64,000 nucleotides of DNA from Octopus bimaculoides (taxonomy: Eukaryota). Shown one piece after another: positions 27,001 through 40,500 of the stretch. A program made the position numbers and the translations under genes. The first letter of the stretch is position 1; every line of letters begins with the position of its first letter. Below the pieces are notes generated by a model. The model saw only the letters and a list, made by a program, of their open reading frames with translations. It did not search any database and was not told the origin of the DNA. The stretch spans positions 92,499,818-92,563,817 of the forward strand of contig NC_068982.1 of assembly GCF_001194135.2 (NCBI RefSeq), written 5' to 3'.

Positions 27001-29848
27001 ACAGTTCAGAACGTAAGTCACTATTTGGAAATTTCTTGCTAACGGCTTCTGTTAAAGAATGTAGAAGCGATGTCTTATTTTCTATATCTTTTGTATCATC
27101 AATCTACAAAGAAAGAAATGACAATGGTAAATGCAAAAATAGTTTGTTGAGAGTAAAATAACATAATTAATTATGAAATGTTAATTTGATATAAAAAGCT
27201 GTTTACAATGCTGTTGTTCTTGCTTAGCCCTAGGTTAGTAATCAGTGGTATGACCTATGATTAAAAGTATTCTCTAATCTGGACTGTCCTATTACTTTAA
27301 GATTGACTAGGATTAAATTATTTAATGTTCTTCTCTTTTTCTAGACTGTAGTGTGTGGTTTGAATGAGATTTGTCTGCTATATCTAGTAGGTTGAGAGAC
27401 CATACAAAAATTCTCCAGTGAACACATAATAGAAATTTTATTAAAAGATATTGACCACATTAGCTTCTAGCCATGTATAGACATATTACAGTGAAACTGT
27501 AACTAATTGATCACAGTTGTCTACTCAAGGGAGCCTCAAAATAGTCACTCAATTTTTTAGAAATAGTAACCAAATTTCTTTCATATCACATTCTACCTTC
27601 TTAAAAAGGAAGACCATATTTAATAATGTAATCCTAAATCCACTCTGAAATGGAATGATTATAGCTGGAACACATTTGATTATAAGTCTGTTTGACCAGG
27701 GCTGATCTGAGGTTCATTATCTACTACAGTTTGATTCTCCATGATATTTCTATTTCTGACTAGAACCTTATATAGATGAAATATTGAACAAAATTTCTTT
27801 TACTCTTTCATCAGCATAATTATGGCTTTTACATGGTAACATGTCTTCTCATATAGATGGTGAACTGAACACGATTGTCTGCTTTTTGGGGTCTTTAGCA
27901 GAGTCCTTTCTGTTCTAAGTATAAAGAACAATTCTCTGAAATGAGAAGAGTTTTCTTTCTCTCTTTTCTGTCATCACTCTTGAAGATGTTTTGAAAAGGT
28001 GTGGGCACTGATTTTTCTCTATTGATTATCTCATTGAAAAACAACCCCCCCCCCCCAAAAAAAACCCAAATTAAATCTATTGGATTTTGTCAATCAACAA
28101 TATTAGAAATTTTATAGAAATTATGCACTAGATCTTTTCTTTAAGATGGTTTACACTCAGTGTAATTTCATCAAAAGTTTGAGGGGGAAGCTCAGTACTC
28201 ATAGCCTTTCCTGGTTCTCTTGGACTGATGGGGGGGGGGTATATAACTTGGTAGAATAATATGGGTAATCTTCAGTGTGAAATTTTGAAGATTATGGACT
28301 AAAAGCACAGACAGTTTCTTTCCAGAAGCAGTTACACGAAGAAAGAAGTAGATTCAATTAATTTAACCTCTGTATAATGTAAAACTATGCAGTTTTACAA
28401 TATACATCATAGTTGTAAACCTGTATAGTTTCATAATATGCATCATGTAAACTTAAACATTTAGGTATTCTAAAAGAAATGCCTTTCTACTTATTTCACC
28501 AGATGACTTACTGTCATCCAATGTAGTTTGTTGTTGCTATAGCAGAGTTCAGTCAACAAATCAACTCCAGTATATTATAGATATTGTTTTACTGTCATGG
28601 AAAGATTAAAAACAGACTCAAAGCCACAAAGGATGCAACTGATTATAGCAATTCCTTTAGCTTGTCACTCCTCTGTTTCAATTATTTTTTATTGATATAG
28701 CACGGGTATAATAAAATATTTTAGTTATGTTTACCTGAGTCAAAAAATTTATCCGAAAGCCTGCAGCATTTGAAATTCTGCTATTTCCTTCATTAAGGAA
28801 GTTCCCTATAGCAAGGATCATCTGAAGAGAGAAATGTAGTGAGATTTTATAAAATTGTGTATGAAAGGGAAATAAGAAAGAAATACTGGTGGAAAAATAT
28901 CTTGGATTACTAATCTTATCTTTTTTAGATTTTAACTTAATCCTTACAAGACAAGTGGGCCATTCAATTGGCCTATCATTTTAGGGGTAAAAATAAAGAA
29001 CAATTTCATTGAGAATATTCTTTTACTGGTTTCAGTGTAGAAGAATCAGAAGATTTCAACTACAGAAAGTTAAATTAAAACAGAAATAATTACAATTAAC
29101 AACACATAATATTTTCCTGTCAGTTGTAATAATAACATCATCATTAGAGGTTTTACTTGGTTATCAGAATCTCACTATTTGTTTTATTGATTGGTACTTA
29201 TTTTATTGACCTCTGAAGGATGGGAGGCAAAGTGGACCTCAATATATAGACCAGCCTTACTTCTCAGCCTTCAACACTTGTTCATTATATTCATCCTGTA
29301 ACCCATTCCTTATTTCTAACCATCTCTCACTCTCCCATACATTTTTACAACCTCAACTCACACATTTTCTATTCTCCTGTCCCTACTCACTTCTACTCAT
29401 CTTGTATCTTAAGGGAATACTTTGAAACTGCATCACCACTATTTTTATATTTTTTCCAGCTCTTTCTTGGCCACCCACCCTCTCTTTCAAAGGGTGAATA
29501 GTCATGTAGTTATCTCTACAGCAAGAAACTTGCTCTGTTAAAATCCTCTCTTTCACTATTTAACCTCTCATCCCATAGCAAAATGCTGCCTTCATCTCTA
29601 GTGTAATCCCACCCAATTGAAGAGAATCTTAGTTTTGCTGATGACATGGCAACCTCACAAGTGCTGGTGCCATGAAAAAAGGCATCCAGTACATGATGTA
29701 AAGTGGTTGGCATTAGAAATGGCATTCATTCAGTGAAACCATGTAAAAGCAAACATTTGAACAGAATACAATCTTTGAACCCATCAAATCCTGTCAAAGC
29801 ATCGCACCGATGCCAGCATGGAATATGGAGGTCAAATGATGATATATG

Positions 29849-29910
<62 letters not shown>

Positions 29911-32067
29911 TTTTGATTCCTTGTTTTACACGAAAAGCATTGAACTACAAACAGTGATGTTTATTGTTTTTCCTTCTCAACAAATTGTCTGCCAGTTTTG
30001 TGTTTGTGAAGACATGGGGAATAAGGTCCCTTGCTTGAAAACAGGTAAAGGTTAGCAATAAGAAGGGCAGCCAACTGTAAGAAAACCTTGTCAATAATGT
30101 GTATAGAGGGACATGGTCCAGAATCTTTATTCTGCCACAAATATGTGAGTGGTAGTTTTTTTTTTTTTTTTGTGTGTGTGTGTGTGTGTATGTGTGTGTA
30201 TAGGGGGTGGGTGTACTTATGACTTACTTATAAGGTCAGTATCTGTTCAAATTTGAAGTCATTTTTTTAATGACTGGGTTGTGTGACATTAAAACATAAT
30301 GCTTACCTGTAAAACATTTACTAAAAGATTGCTTTTCCTTAGTTGTACTGAAGCTGTCATGATGTTGTGGATAATCTACAAATGAAACAACAAAATATTA
30401 TAACAACAACTGCAACAGCAGCAACAACAACTGGTTAAGGAAACTACCATGCCAGGAGTGGGGAACCTGTTGCCAGTGGGTAAATCTTCTCATATAAAGT
30501 CTTTAAAAATCCAGAAGTAAAAAATGTCTGGCCATGGGGGAGTATTACTTTGCTTGGAAACAGGTGAGGGTTGGTAACAGGAAAGGTACCTAGTCATAGA
30601 AAATCTGCCTCAACAAATTCTATCTGGCCGATGCAAGAATGGAAAAGTGGACATTAAATGATGATGATTTCTAGCTTAGTTTTAAAAGAATTTTGTGTTT
30701 ATAAACTGTAGTTGAATGAGATCTATATCAATAATATAAATTATTCTAGGTAAAACTAGAAATGTATTCTAACATAAAATTAATCTTATATATTATAAAA
30801 GAAGGCAAAAACAGTGTTTAGATTAAACTTTATGCAAATATTGTATTCACCGAATTTAATTTAGTGATTCTTTCTTTGAAATCAGCACGGAACAACAACA
30901 CTTTGAGTCGGTCTTCATAGCTTGGGATTTTCATCAGCTGAAATACAGAAAAAGTAGATTGATATTTATTGGCTGGATTACAGGCTATATGGTCATGTGT
31001 ACAAACCTTATTTTGGCTGTTGTTTCACTCCTGGGTGAGATATTGGTGGCCAGACTGTCAGACACTTACTGGAAAGATGTAGGCAGGGAGGGCCAAATTT
31101 CTTGAGAGAAAGGACTAGGTATACTGGTTAGTGCAAGGTTGGTGGGGGCAGAGTTTGGATGCAACAAAGGTGATGATAGTTGGATAAATGAGTGGATTGG
31201 GAGTGCCTGAGTGGTGGATGTATGAGATCAGTCAATTCTAAGGAAGGGAAACCATAACTGTAGTGATAGAAAATACAGAGAGGGGACAGAATGCCTGTAG
31301 GTCAGAGGCTGGAGCATTCTGTTAGTGACTGAGTACTCATCAGTTAAGTAACTCTCTCCTAGATGTAGTCCAGGATGTTTGTATGCATAGCAGTACCTAC
31401 ACCCCATTTCCACTTTGTGGTTCTTTTACTCTCCATGTTTCTGTTTTATTGTGTTTCATTTTGTGTACTATGCAGGCACTTTTGGCTATCATTGCTGCCT
31501 TTCTTTACATGAATTATTTCTGCTTTCTCGCCTCTTTTTTACACTTTGCTGATGAGTTGTAGTGCACCTGAGGGCTGTATACAATAGGCTCATTATTATA
31601 ATTGTTTCAAATTTTGGCACAAGGGCAGCAACTTTAGCAGAAGTGGGTTAGTCAGTATTATTGACCCCAGTACTTAAATGATACTTTATTTTATTGACAC
31701 TGAAAAGACGAAAGGCAAATTTGACCCCAGCAGGATTTGAACTAGAGCTAGAAGAAATGTTGGATAATCAAGATAGAAGTACAGGTTTTATGTATAACTA
31801 TTTCTTGCTGAAATATCAATCATTATAAGGTAGAGGAGTGATACAGTTGCTACATATGATGAATTAAAAGCATTGTAGTATTTAGTTACATACCCCTACA
31901 TTCTGAAATCAAATCCAGCTGGAGCCAACTTTGATTTTCTTTTCTCCCAGAATCAATAAGTATTTGTTATGTACTTAGCTCATCCACTTCTCAGTGGGAT
32001 CAGTGGGAAAAACCATTATTTATTACAATAATTGTATGTATGTGTGTTTACATGCTCTTACATAGGT

Positions 32068-32121
<54 letters not shown>

Positions 32122-32782
32122 NNNNNNNNNNNNNNNNNNNNNNNNNNNNNNNNNNNNNNNNNNNNNNNNNNNNNNNNNNNNNNNNNNNNNNNNNNNNNNN
32201 NNNNNNNNNNNNNNNNNNNNNNNNNNNNNNNNNNNNNNNNNNNNNNNNNNNNNNNNNNNNNNNNNNNNNNNNNNNNNNNNNNNNNNNNNNNNNNNNNNNN
32301 NNNNNNNNNNNNNNNNNNNNNNNNNNNNNNNNNNNNNNNNNNNNNNNNNNNNNNNNNNNNNNNNNNNNNNNNNNNNNNNNNNNNNNNNNNNNNNNNNNNN
32401 NNNNNNNNNNNNNNNNNNNNNNNNNNNNNNNNNNNNNNNNNNNNNNNNNNNNNNNNNNNNNNNNNNNNNNNNNNNNNNNNNNNNNNNNNNNNNNNNNNNN
32501 NNNNNNNNNNNNNNNNNNNNNNNNNNNNNNNNNNNNNNNNNNNNNNNNNNNNNNNNNNNNNNNNNNNNNNNNNNNNNNNNNNNNNNNNNNNNNNNNNNNN
32601 NNNNNNNNNNNNNNNNNNNNNNNNNNNNNNNNNNNNNNNNNNNNNNNNNNNNNNNNNNNNNNNNNNNNNNNNNNNNNNNNNNNNNNNNNNNNNNNNNNNN
32701 NNNNNNNNNNNNNNNNNNGCTGCTTTTATGCTGGAACTTGGTAATTTCAAATGTCCAAGTAGAATGGCTGAAAGAAATATAT

Positions 32783-32826
<44 letters not shown>

Positions 32827-34562
32827 AGAGTGAACCTTTGATGCAAGTTTGATGAAGTGCCACTCTACTGTCTAAAACTGCAAATATTACATAAATTTTC
32901 ACTTGGATAAACTAGCATTGCAAGGAGAATTGGTACAGAAACAATTGTAACTGATCATTAAGGATGTGTTAAAGTATTTCTTTGTCTTATTATTTGGATT
33001 ATATTTTACTCTTCTCACATACATAAAGCTATTATTTAGCATTAAAATTAATGGTAATTGCTGTCAGGAGCTGATAGAATAAGCACTAAATTTTTAAATA
33101 AACGCTGGTGGGTGGGGTGTCAATCTGTTCAACTAAAACCTTCAAGGTGGTGCCCCAGCATGGCCACAGTCCAATGAATGAAATGAATTAAAGGTAAAAG
33201 ATAAAATATTTTTCCCCTGTACTTGAGCAGTCTTATTTTTAATGATTTTATATTTCTCTTTATCTATTTATTTATAACTTAAAATTAATTATATTCAGAT
33301 TATTAGTAAATTGAATTAATATAGATATGTTTTACTTACAAATGTTGTATGATTTTCTTGAATCCAAGATGGATACGATTTTCTTCTTTACAACTTTACT
33401 TTTCTCTAAAAAAAGAAACATTTAATTTAAATGGCATTGTTTAAAAAAAGTGTCTTCTTACTCTGTCAGCATAGAATCATGACTGGTTGCTTTGATAGAG
33501 TGTTAGATTACCAGAAGAAATGTTGACTGTTTGTATCCCATCATTGACATTTAGCACAACAAACCAAAAACATAATAAAACAAAGGAAACAAGAGAAAAA
33601 CCAATGAAATATATAAACAAATAAAAATTTTCATTTATTGATAAATTGTTCTTATTACCTGGCTCACTGGTTTTAAGTGCAAACCTCTTTTCTAGATTCA
33701 GAAGAGGGATAATATCATCTGAATCACTTTTATTAACCTAAAAAAGGAAAGAAGATTTATGTGAACAACAAGTGGAAAAGTTTCATGCCCAGGGCCCCTG
33801 CATCACCTTAAACATTTTTATAAGGATAAAGATTGTCATTGGTAGGAAAGAGCCTGCAAGTTGGAATGGGTCTTTTAGTGCATTTCCCTCACCTTTGATG
33901 TAATGCATTCACTGTTTATGCTGCACTAAAGTACATGCATAATAATAATACTACTTCAAATTTTAGTGTCTTCTGCATGTATGAAACCGTGTCTCAATGT
34001 TAACTTCATTTGTTTTCATACATAATGCACTGGAATTTCCTCTCCATTCGTGATTTACCATTAACTGCAGTGATCTGTGAGGTTGATGCAGTTAATAGAA
34101 AAATGTGTGAGGATCAACAAAGGCCATGAACCTTCTTTTCCTGCACTAACTTACAGAAAAAACAAAACATCTACTCTCACTTCATCTCCCAGTATCCAAG
34201 TAGGGAACTGTAATTACTGTGTAAATCATTCATTCAAAAATAGTTTGCTGCAAATTTGCTAACCTTATACCAAATAGTATTTTCATTTGGTTCTCCTTCA
34301 ATTTTCTGCCAGTGTAGCCGTTTATTCTTCAGTTTGCTTTGAGATGTACTCATTACAAAATTAGGAAGAGGTGGTGGCACTGGTGGAACTGTTTCTGAAA
34401 TATATAAATACAACCAAGTAATTTGTTAACCATTTTTTTCTTATGTTAGCATGAGCTTTATGCACATACATACATACATGCAAACATTGAAACAGCTGTA
34501 AAGATTTAATTACATCATGTAATATTATGTAACAATTTATGTAATGGTTCTCTCTCTTCTCA

Positions 34563-34595
<33 letters not shown>

Positions 34596-37500
34596 CATAT
34601 ATATTTATAAAATAATTTATCCATCAATTTAACAATGACCTAACAACTGCTAAAAAAGTAGAAAATTAATAAAAGAAGAAAGAGAAAGAAAAAAAGAAGT
34701 TGCCTAAAGTTAACATGTTTGTCTATTTGGTGATCACAAGACAATGATTTCAACCATGCAACAGCACCTCAAACAAGGGATGCATCTATTCACAGAAATA
34801 GAAAATCACAACTACTCTTGTCCAAACCAACACTTTCTGTGTTTCTGAAACTACAGAAGTGGTAGAATTTCATTGTCACTAATGTGTGATTTCTCCACTG
34901 CTGTAATGAAAGGTCCACTCTGCCTGTGACTCAAGAAGTTTCATCCATCAGCAACCATTGAAGACTGACTATGCAACAACTTGACAAAAGATGCAATGTG
35001 GATGTGATGGTGGTGGTGGGCAGAAAACCATAACTGCTCCTTCATTTACAACATGTTCTGTACATTTGAAACTTAGGAAGTGGAAGTATTTTATTATTGC
35101 AAACGTGTGGAACATCCAAGCTAACTTAACTTGATAATTTAACTCTTAGTTGGGGTGGGGTTCTGTCAGTTATGTGTCATCCTGTCTTAGTAGACCCAAA
35201 TGCTACACTAGTGCATATTTCTTTAAAGTGCGAAAGAACTGTACACATATTAGACTCATTCTGTCCTTCTTATACAATGTGTTCCACAGCAAGATAAAGT
35301 CATAACAATTGAGCTTGTATCAGAATGGTGGAAATTTTCAAAGAAGTTGAAGGTGTCTCCAGACCTTGCAGTACCGTTTAACTTGGTGTGTGTTTAGGCT
35401 ATAGAACATTATTCCAAATGTGGTGGTGATAGAGGTAGTGATGATGGTGGTAGAGGTGGTGGTGGTGGTGTCAATGATGGTGATGATGATATTGAATTCA
35501 ATTAGATGTTACTTGAATTAGCTGGAATGTATCTCTTGAACTATGTCAACAGGATTCTACTAAGTTTTTATTTTACCCTTTCTTCATGTTTTTGAATTTG
35601 TATTTCCTTTTCAATGCAATATCTAGAACATATGGTCATACAAATATTCTTTTTGTAAGAATTAGTTCACTAAAAACACTTTGGATTGAATGTGTAAACA
35701 TACCTTTCTTGTCCATTTGAGTGTTTGATTCAAGTTGTTTTATCTTATCACTGACAGATATATGGCTTTTAAGCCATTTCTGTGAATGGTATTTTTCATC
35801 TTCTCTCCAAGAATGCACTGGCAAATCAGATTGTGAATTAGAAAGTTCTGCCATTTGATGAAGAACTTCAGTTGCGGTTAGTTTATCGGCTCTCTTGTGT
35901 TCTTCATTTTCCCCAGTATTAGAATTATTTGATGCTTTGACTTGGTTAGAAAACTTGTTAGAAGAATCCTTTGATGGAATCACATCATAAGATTTTGATC
36001 TCAATTTGTTTTCAATATTGCTTTTTTTAGAATTCCTAATTTTATCTGGGATCAGCTCCTGGGATTTACTGAAATGTTCCTGTTTAACATGCTGAAGTAG
36101 AAATTTGTTTGATTCATGGCTCTTAGAGTTCATTTTCTCATTTTTAGAATACCTTCCAGTATTTATGGTAGAATTTTGTTTCTTTGACAATATTGGTTCT
36201 TCACAGCTTGGTGTATCATGTTCTTGCAATGTTTTCACCTTTAGAGATTCATGAGTAGGTATTATAGCAGCACGACCATCTTCATTTTTAGAATACCTGC
36301 CAGTATTTATGGTAGAATTTTGTTTCTTTGATACTATTGGTTCTTCACAGCTTGGTGTATCATGTTCTTCCAATGTTTTCACCTTTAGAGATTCATGAGT
36401 AGGTATTATAACAGCATGACCATCTTCTTCAGCTGCTAAATCTGTCAGATCAGCTTTTAAAGAACCTAAAGATGGAAAAAAATATTTCTCAGAATTAAAC
36501 TATGAAACACAATTTAGTCTTAATTAAAACTCTGTTACTTCTTTTATAAAATTACGATATAGGCAGACTTAAAATATCTAACTTTCTTGGTGTTACCAGA
36601 GAATTATATTAATTAAATGTATTGAGCTTAATCTTCTATTTCGTCAGTTGCTTTTTATTTATTTGAACTTTTAGATTTGAGACTGTATGAATAGATTATA
36701 TTTGCTTTCCACCAGGGTCAGATTAATAGAGAAGTGAGTGAAGGATGTTAGTGACATCTTATGAACTATGTTGTTGTAGACCTTTAAGCATCCTGTCTTT
36801 TTAAAGAGTATTTGACTACAATAACTAATATATACTTCCCTTATTTGAGGTGGTAGGTTTTAAGTTGGAGAAGATTTGGCTGCTATTTCTAACATGTTAA
36901 ATGACCACACCGAAGCTCCCCAATTAATTGAACAGCTATTTACAGAAAAGGTATTACAGCCAATGAGGGAAGAAAACTATTTTGTTTGGAAAAATTCAAG
37001 TAAGTGATGTGATAAATATTCACTGAGTGAATATTTACTTTATAGATCAATGTTTCCCAGCCCTAGGATTCTATGAGATGTTGCTCAGTGTTTTACAAGA
37101 AGTAGTGATAAATCAGCTAATTACATACAAAAGCATTTTGAATAATTTTGTGTTTAATTCTATATTCTATATTCATAATTTTCTTATACATGTTGGGAGA
37201 ATCCTGGCAATTACAGGCTGTAGGACAACTTTACAAAAGAAAAATGACTCCTTCATAAAGAATTGAAGAAAAATTTGATATAAACACGGCCCTGGTTAAG
37301 TTGAAATTTCTTTAACCCTTTTTGTGGCATTTGAAGGATTTGGTATTTTCAAACCTTTCAAAGACAGTTTTATGATTTGCTTAATCTCTTATGGAATTTA
37401 ATTTCACAAAAGAGGAAGATTAATAAAGATATATCAAGAGTTTTATGTAGAAGTTTCTCCAAGACATGGAATGTATTTCAAGGGTTCTGTGAAAGTAAAA

Positions 37501-40500
37501 AGATTGAGGAACATAGCTTGAAATAATATACTAAGATAGTTGTTATACAGACCAATGCTTCTCAAACTATTTGATGTGGCATACCGGCAGTTTTTTTTTT
37601 CCAGTGTGCCAGAGACCAGTAATATTCCTTAGTAATATACTGGAAACAGTATATATAATGAATATAATAAAAGTTGATAAGTTTTTTAATCTTATATTTA
37701 TTTTTTAAATAAATAATACAATATTACATAAATATTTTATAAGCATTTTATAATGAGTCTTTCTTTTCTGGAAACTTGCTTCATACTGGTAGCTGATTGC
37801 TGGCACCAGTCTGCAGACCACCACTTTGAGTGGCACTGACATAGACCAATGTCTTCAATACTTGGAAAATTTCAGATGACAACTTTCTGACCTTTGTCAG
37901 AACCTAAAAAAAAGCATTATATAAAATAATGGAAGACTGTACATATTGGTATCTAAGTCAATGCATTTACCTTGCTTTATGATAAACTTACTTTCTCCCA
38001 GTTTTTTGTAGTTTGCTTCAAATAATACTGACAAATGTTGACAATTTTATTTCAAATTCACCTCTCAACCCTTACAACTGATACCTGCCAATCTCCTCAC
38101 TCCTCTCAGTATCTGAAACGTTTGTCTTGTACTCTTCTTTTAATAAAAAAAAGTTCCTTCAAACTTTTCTTCTGGGACCTTTCAGCCTCTCTGTCTCCTT
38201 AGATATTTATCCTGTCTCTGGCTACACTCAAGATTTTAAAGCCTAATGAAGTGTGAACTTCAAAACCACACTCAACTCACTACATAAGTGTTGTGTGGAC
38301 GCCCCCAGGCGATAAGTAGGCTAATCTAATACGTATAAATAGCTAGACGAAAAGCATCGCGTAGAGTGAGCCAGAGCCATCGGTAGACTAGACGTCAAGT
38401 TCTGTAGAGTCGAGTCGCTGGAAGTGAGAGTTGAGTAGAGGTTATCCGCATGTGCAATATAACAGTGGAGATGAGGATTTCGTAGCTCACACAGCCACTG
38501 TGTAGTATTGCGATATAACAGTGGCGACGAGGTTTCGGATAGTACCGAAATGGAAGAGTTACTGAAAGCAGTTGCAAAACAACAAGAGCAGCAGCAGCAG
38601 CAACTACAGAAGTTAACAGAATTGTTACTGCAGGTGTGAAATACGACAATCATTTTCAGCAGATGGTGTTGCAAATTCCATCGAAGAATTTCACTACAAT
38701 CTGGATGAAGGAACTACTTTTGCTGAATATTACAGACGATACGAAGACATATTCCGAGAGGAATGCAAGGGATGGTCTAGTGAAAGGAAGGTAAGGCTCC
38801 TTTTGCGAAAGCTTGCTACTCCGGAACACGTAAGTTTTTGTAACTTTATTTTGTTGAGAAAGCCCATGGAATTGTGTTTTGATGAAATGATAAATATTTT
38901 GACTAATATTTTTTGCGAGAAAAGTTCGCAGTTTAACATTCGATGGGAATGTTTAAATTTAAAGAAAAATGAGTCTGATGATTTTGTAACATAGGCTGGT
39001 ATGGTTAATAAGGCTTGCGAAAGGTTTAAGCTGGAAGAATTAACACCAGATATGTTCAAGTGCCTAATATTCGTTAAAGGGTTAGTGGCAACGGAAGACA
39101 TGGAAATTATAAAAAGAATATTATCAAAGTTAAATCAAGATGTGAAACTCACTTTGCAGAAAGTGGCTGAGGAATGCCAACAAATAATAAACCTTCGAGA
39201 CGATACAAGGAAGATAGAAGACAAGAATAATAATGTATAAATGTGTAAAAAAAGTACAGAAAGAAGGAAAAATTTTAATTCAAAATGGTGCTATGGTTGC
39301 GGAGATCGACATTTGAGGAAAGATTGCCCCTTTAAAGATAAAACCTGTTTTAAGTGTGGTAAAATTGGACATATACAAACGAAATGCTAGTCAAAGAAAA
39401 TAGTAAAACAGAAGAATGTCTACTCAACAAAAGTAAATTATACCAGACAAAACCAAAAATTTGTGTTGGTAGAAATAAATGGGTTTCAGACCAAAATGCA
39501 ATTAGATACTGGTTCAGACATATCGATAATAAATACAGCAACATGGAGTAAGACAGGCAGGCCGTTGTATAAAAAAACTACTAGGATAGCTCATGGTGTG
39601 TCAGGGAAACAAGTTCAATTCTTGGGCGAAATTTCACCAGAAATAAAAACTAAAAACAGGACGAGGAAATGTAAACTAATGGTATCTAAGAATACAATGA
39701 ATATGTTCAGGGCAGATTTAATGGAAGGATTCGACCTGTGGGATCTATCACTGAATACATTATGTAACAAGGTGAATGCATCACAGTCCGTGTCAGAGAA
39801 AGCATTGGAAAAACTGAAATTAAAATTGAAAAAGATGTACCCTGATATTTTTTTGAAAGAGCTTGGTATGTGTAAAAATATTAAAGTAAAGTTTGAGTTG
39901 AAAGAAAATGTGGTGCCAGTGTTCAAACCGAAAAGGAATGTACCTTTTACAGCTTTAAATCAAGTTGAGAAGGAATTAAAAAAATTGGAAAACATGGAAG
40001 TAATTGAAAAAGTAGACTACTCTGAGTGGGCGGCTCCTACGGTATATATATAAAAATGAAGAACAATGAGGTAAGAGTATGTCGGACTTCTCAACTGGTC
40101 TTAATGATTGTTTAAAAAATTACAATTATCTGCTTCCAAACCCAAAAGAAATATTTGCCAAGTGCAATGGTGGGAAAATTTTTTCCAAGCTGGATTTGTC
40201 AGAGGCCTACCTCCAATTACTGGTAGATGAAGAATGTGCTAAAGTATTAACAATCAATGCTCATAAAGGTCTCTATCATTTCAAAAGACTGCCATTTGGG
40301 GTAAAGGTCGCACCAGCAATATTTCAGCAATATTTCAGCAGATTGTGAGTTTGCAGTCCCATACTTGGATGAAATATTGATCAAAAGTGAATCAAGGGAC
40401 CAACATATTGAACATATAGAAGAGGTTTTCAAACGAATATGTGATTACGGGTTTAAAGTAAGGGAGGATAAATGTGAATTTTTCTTGACAAAAATAAAGT

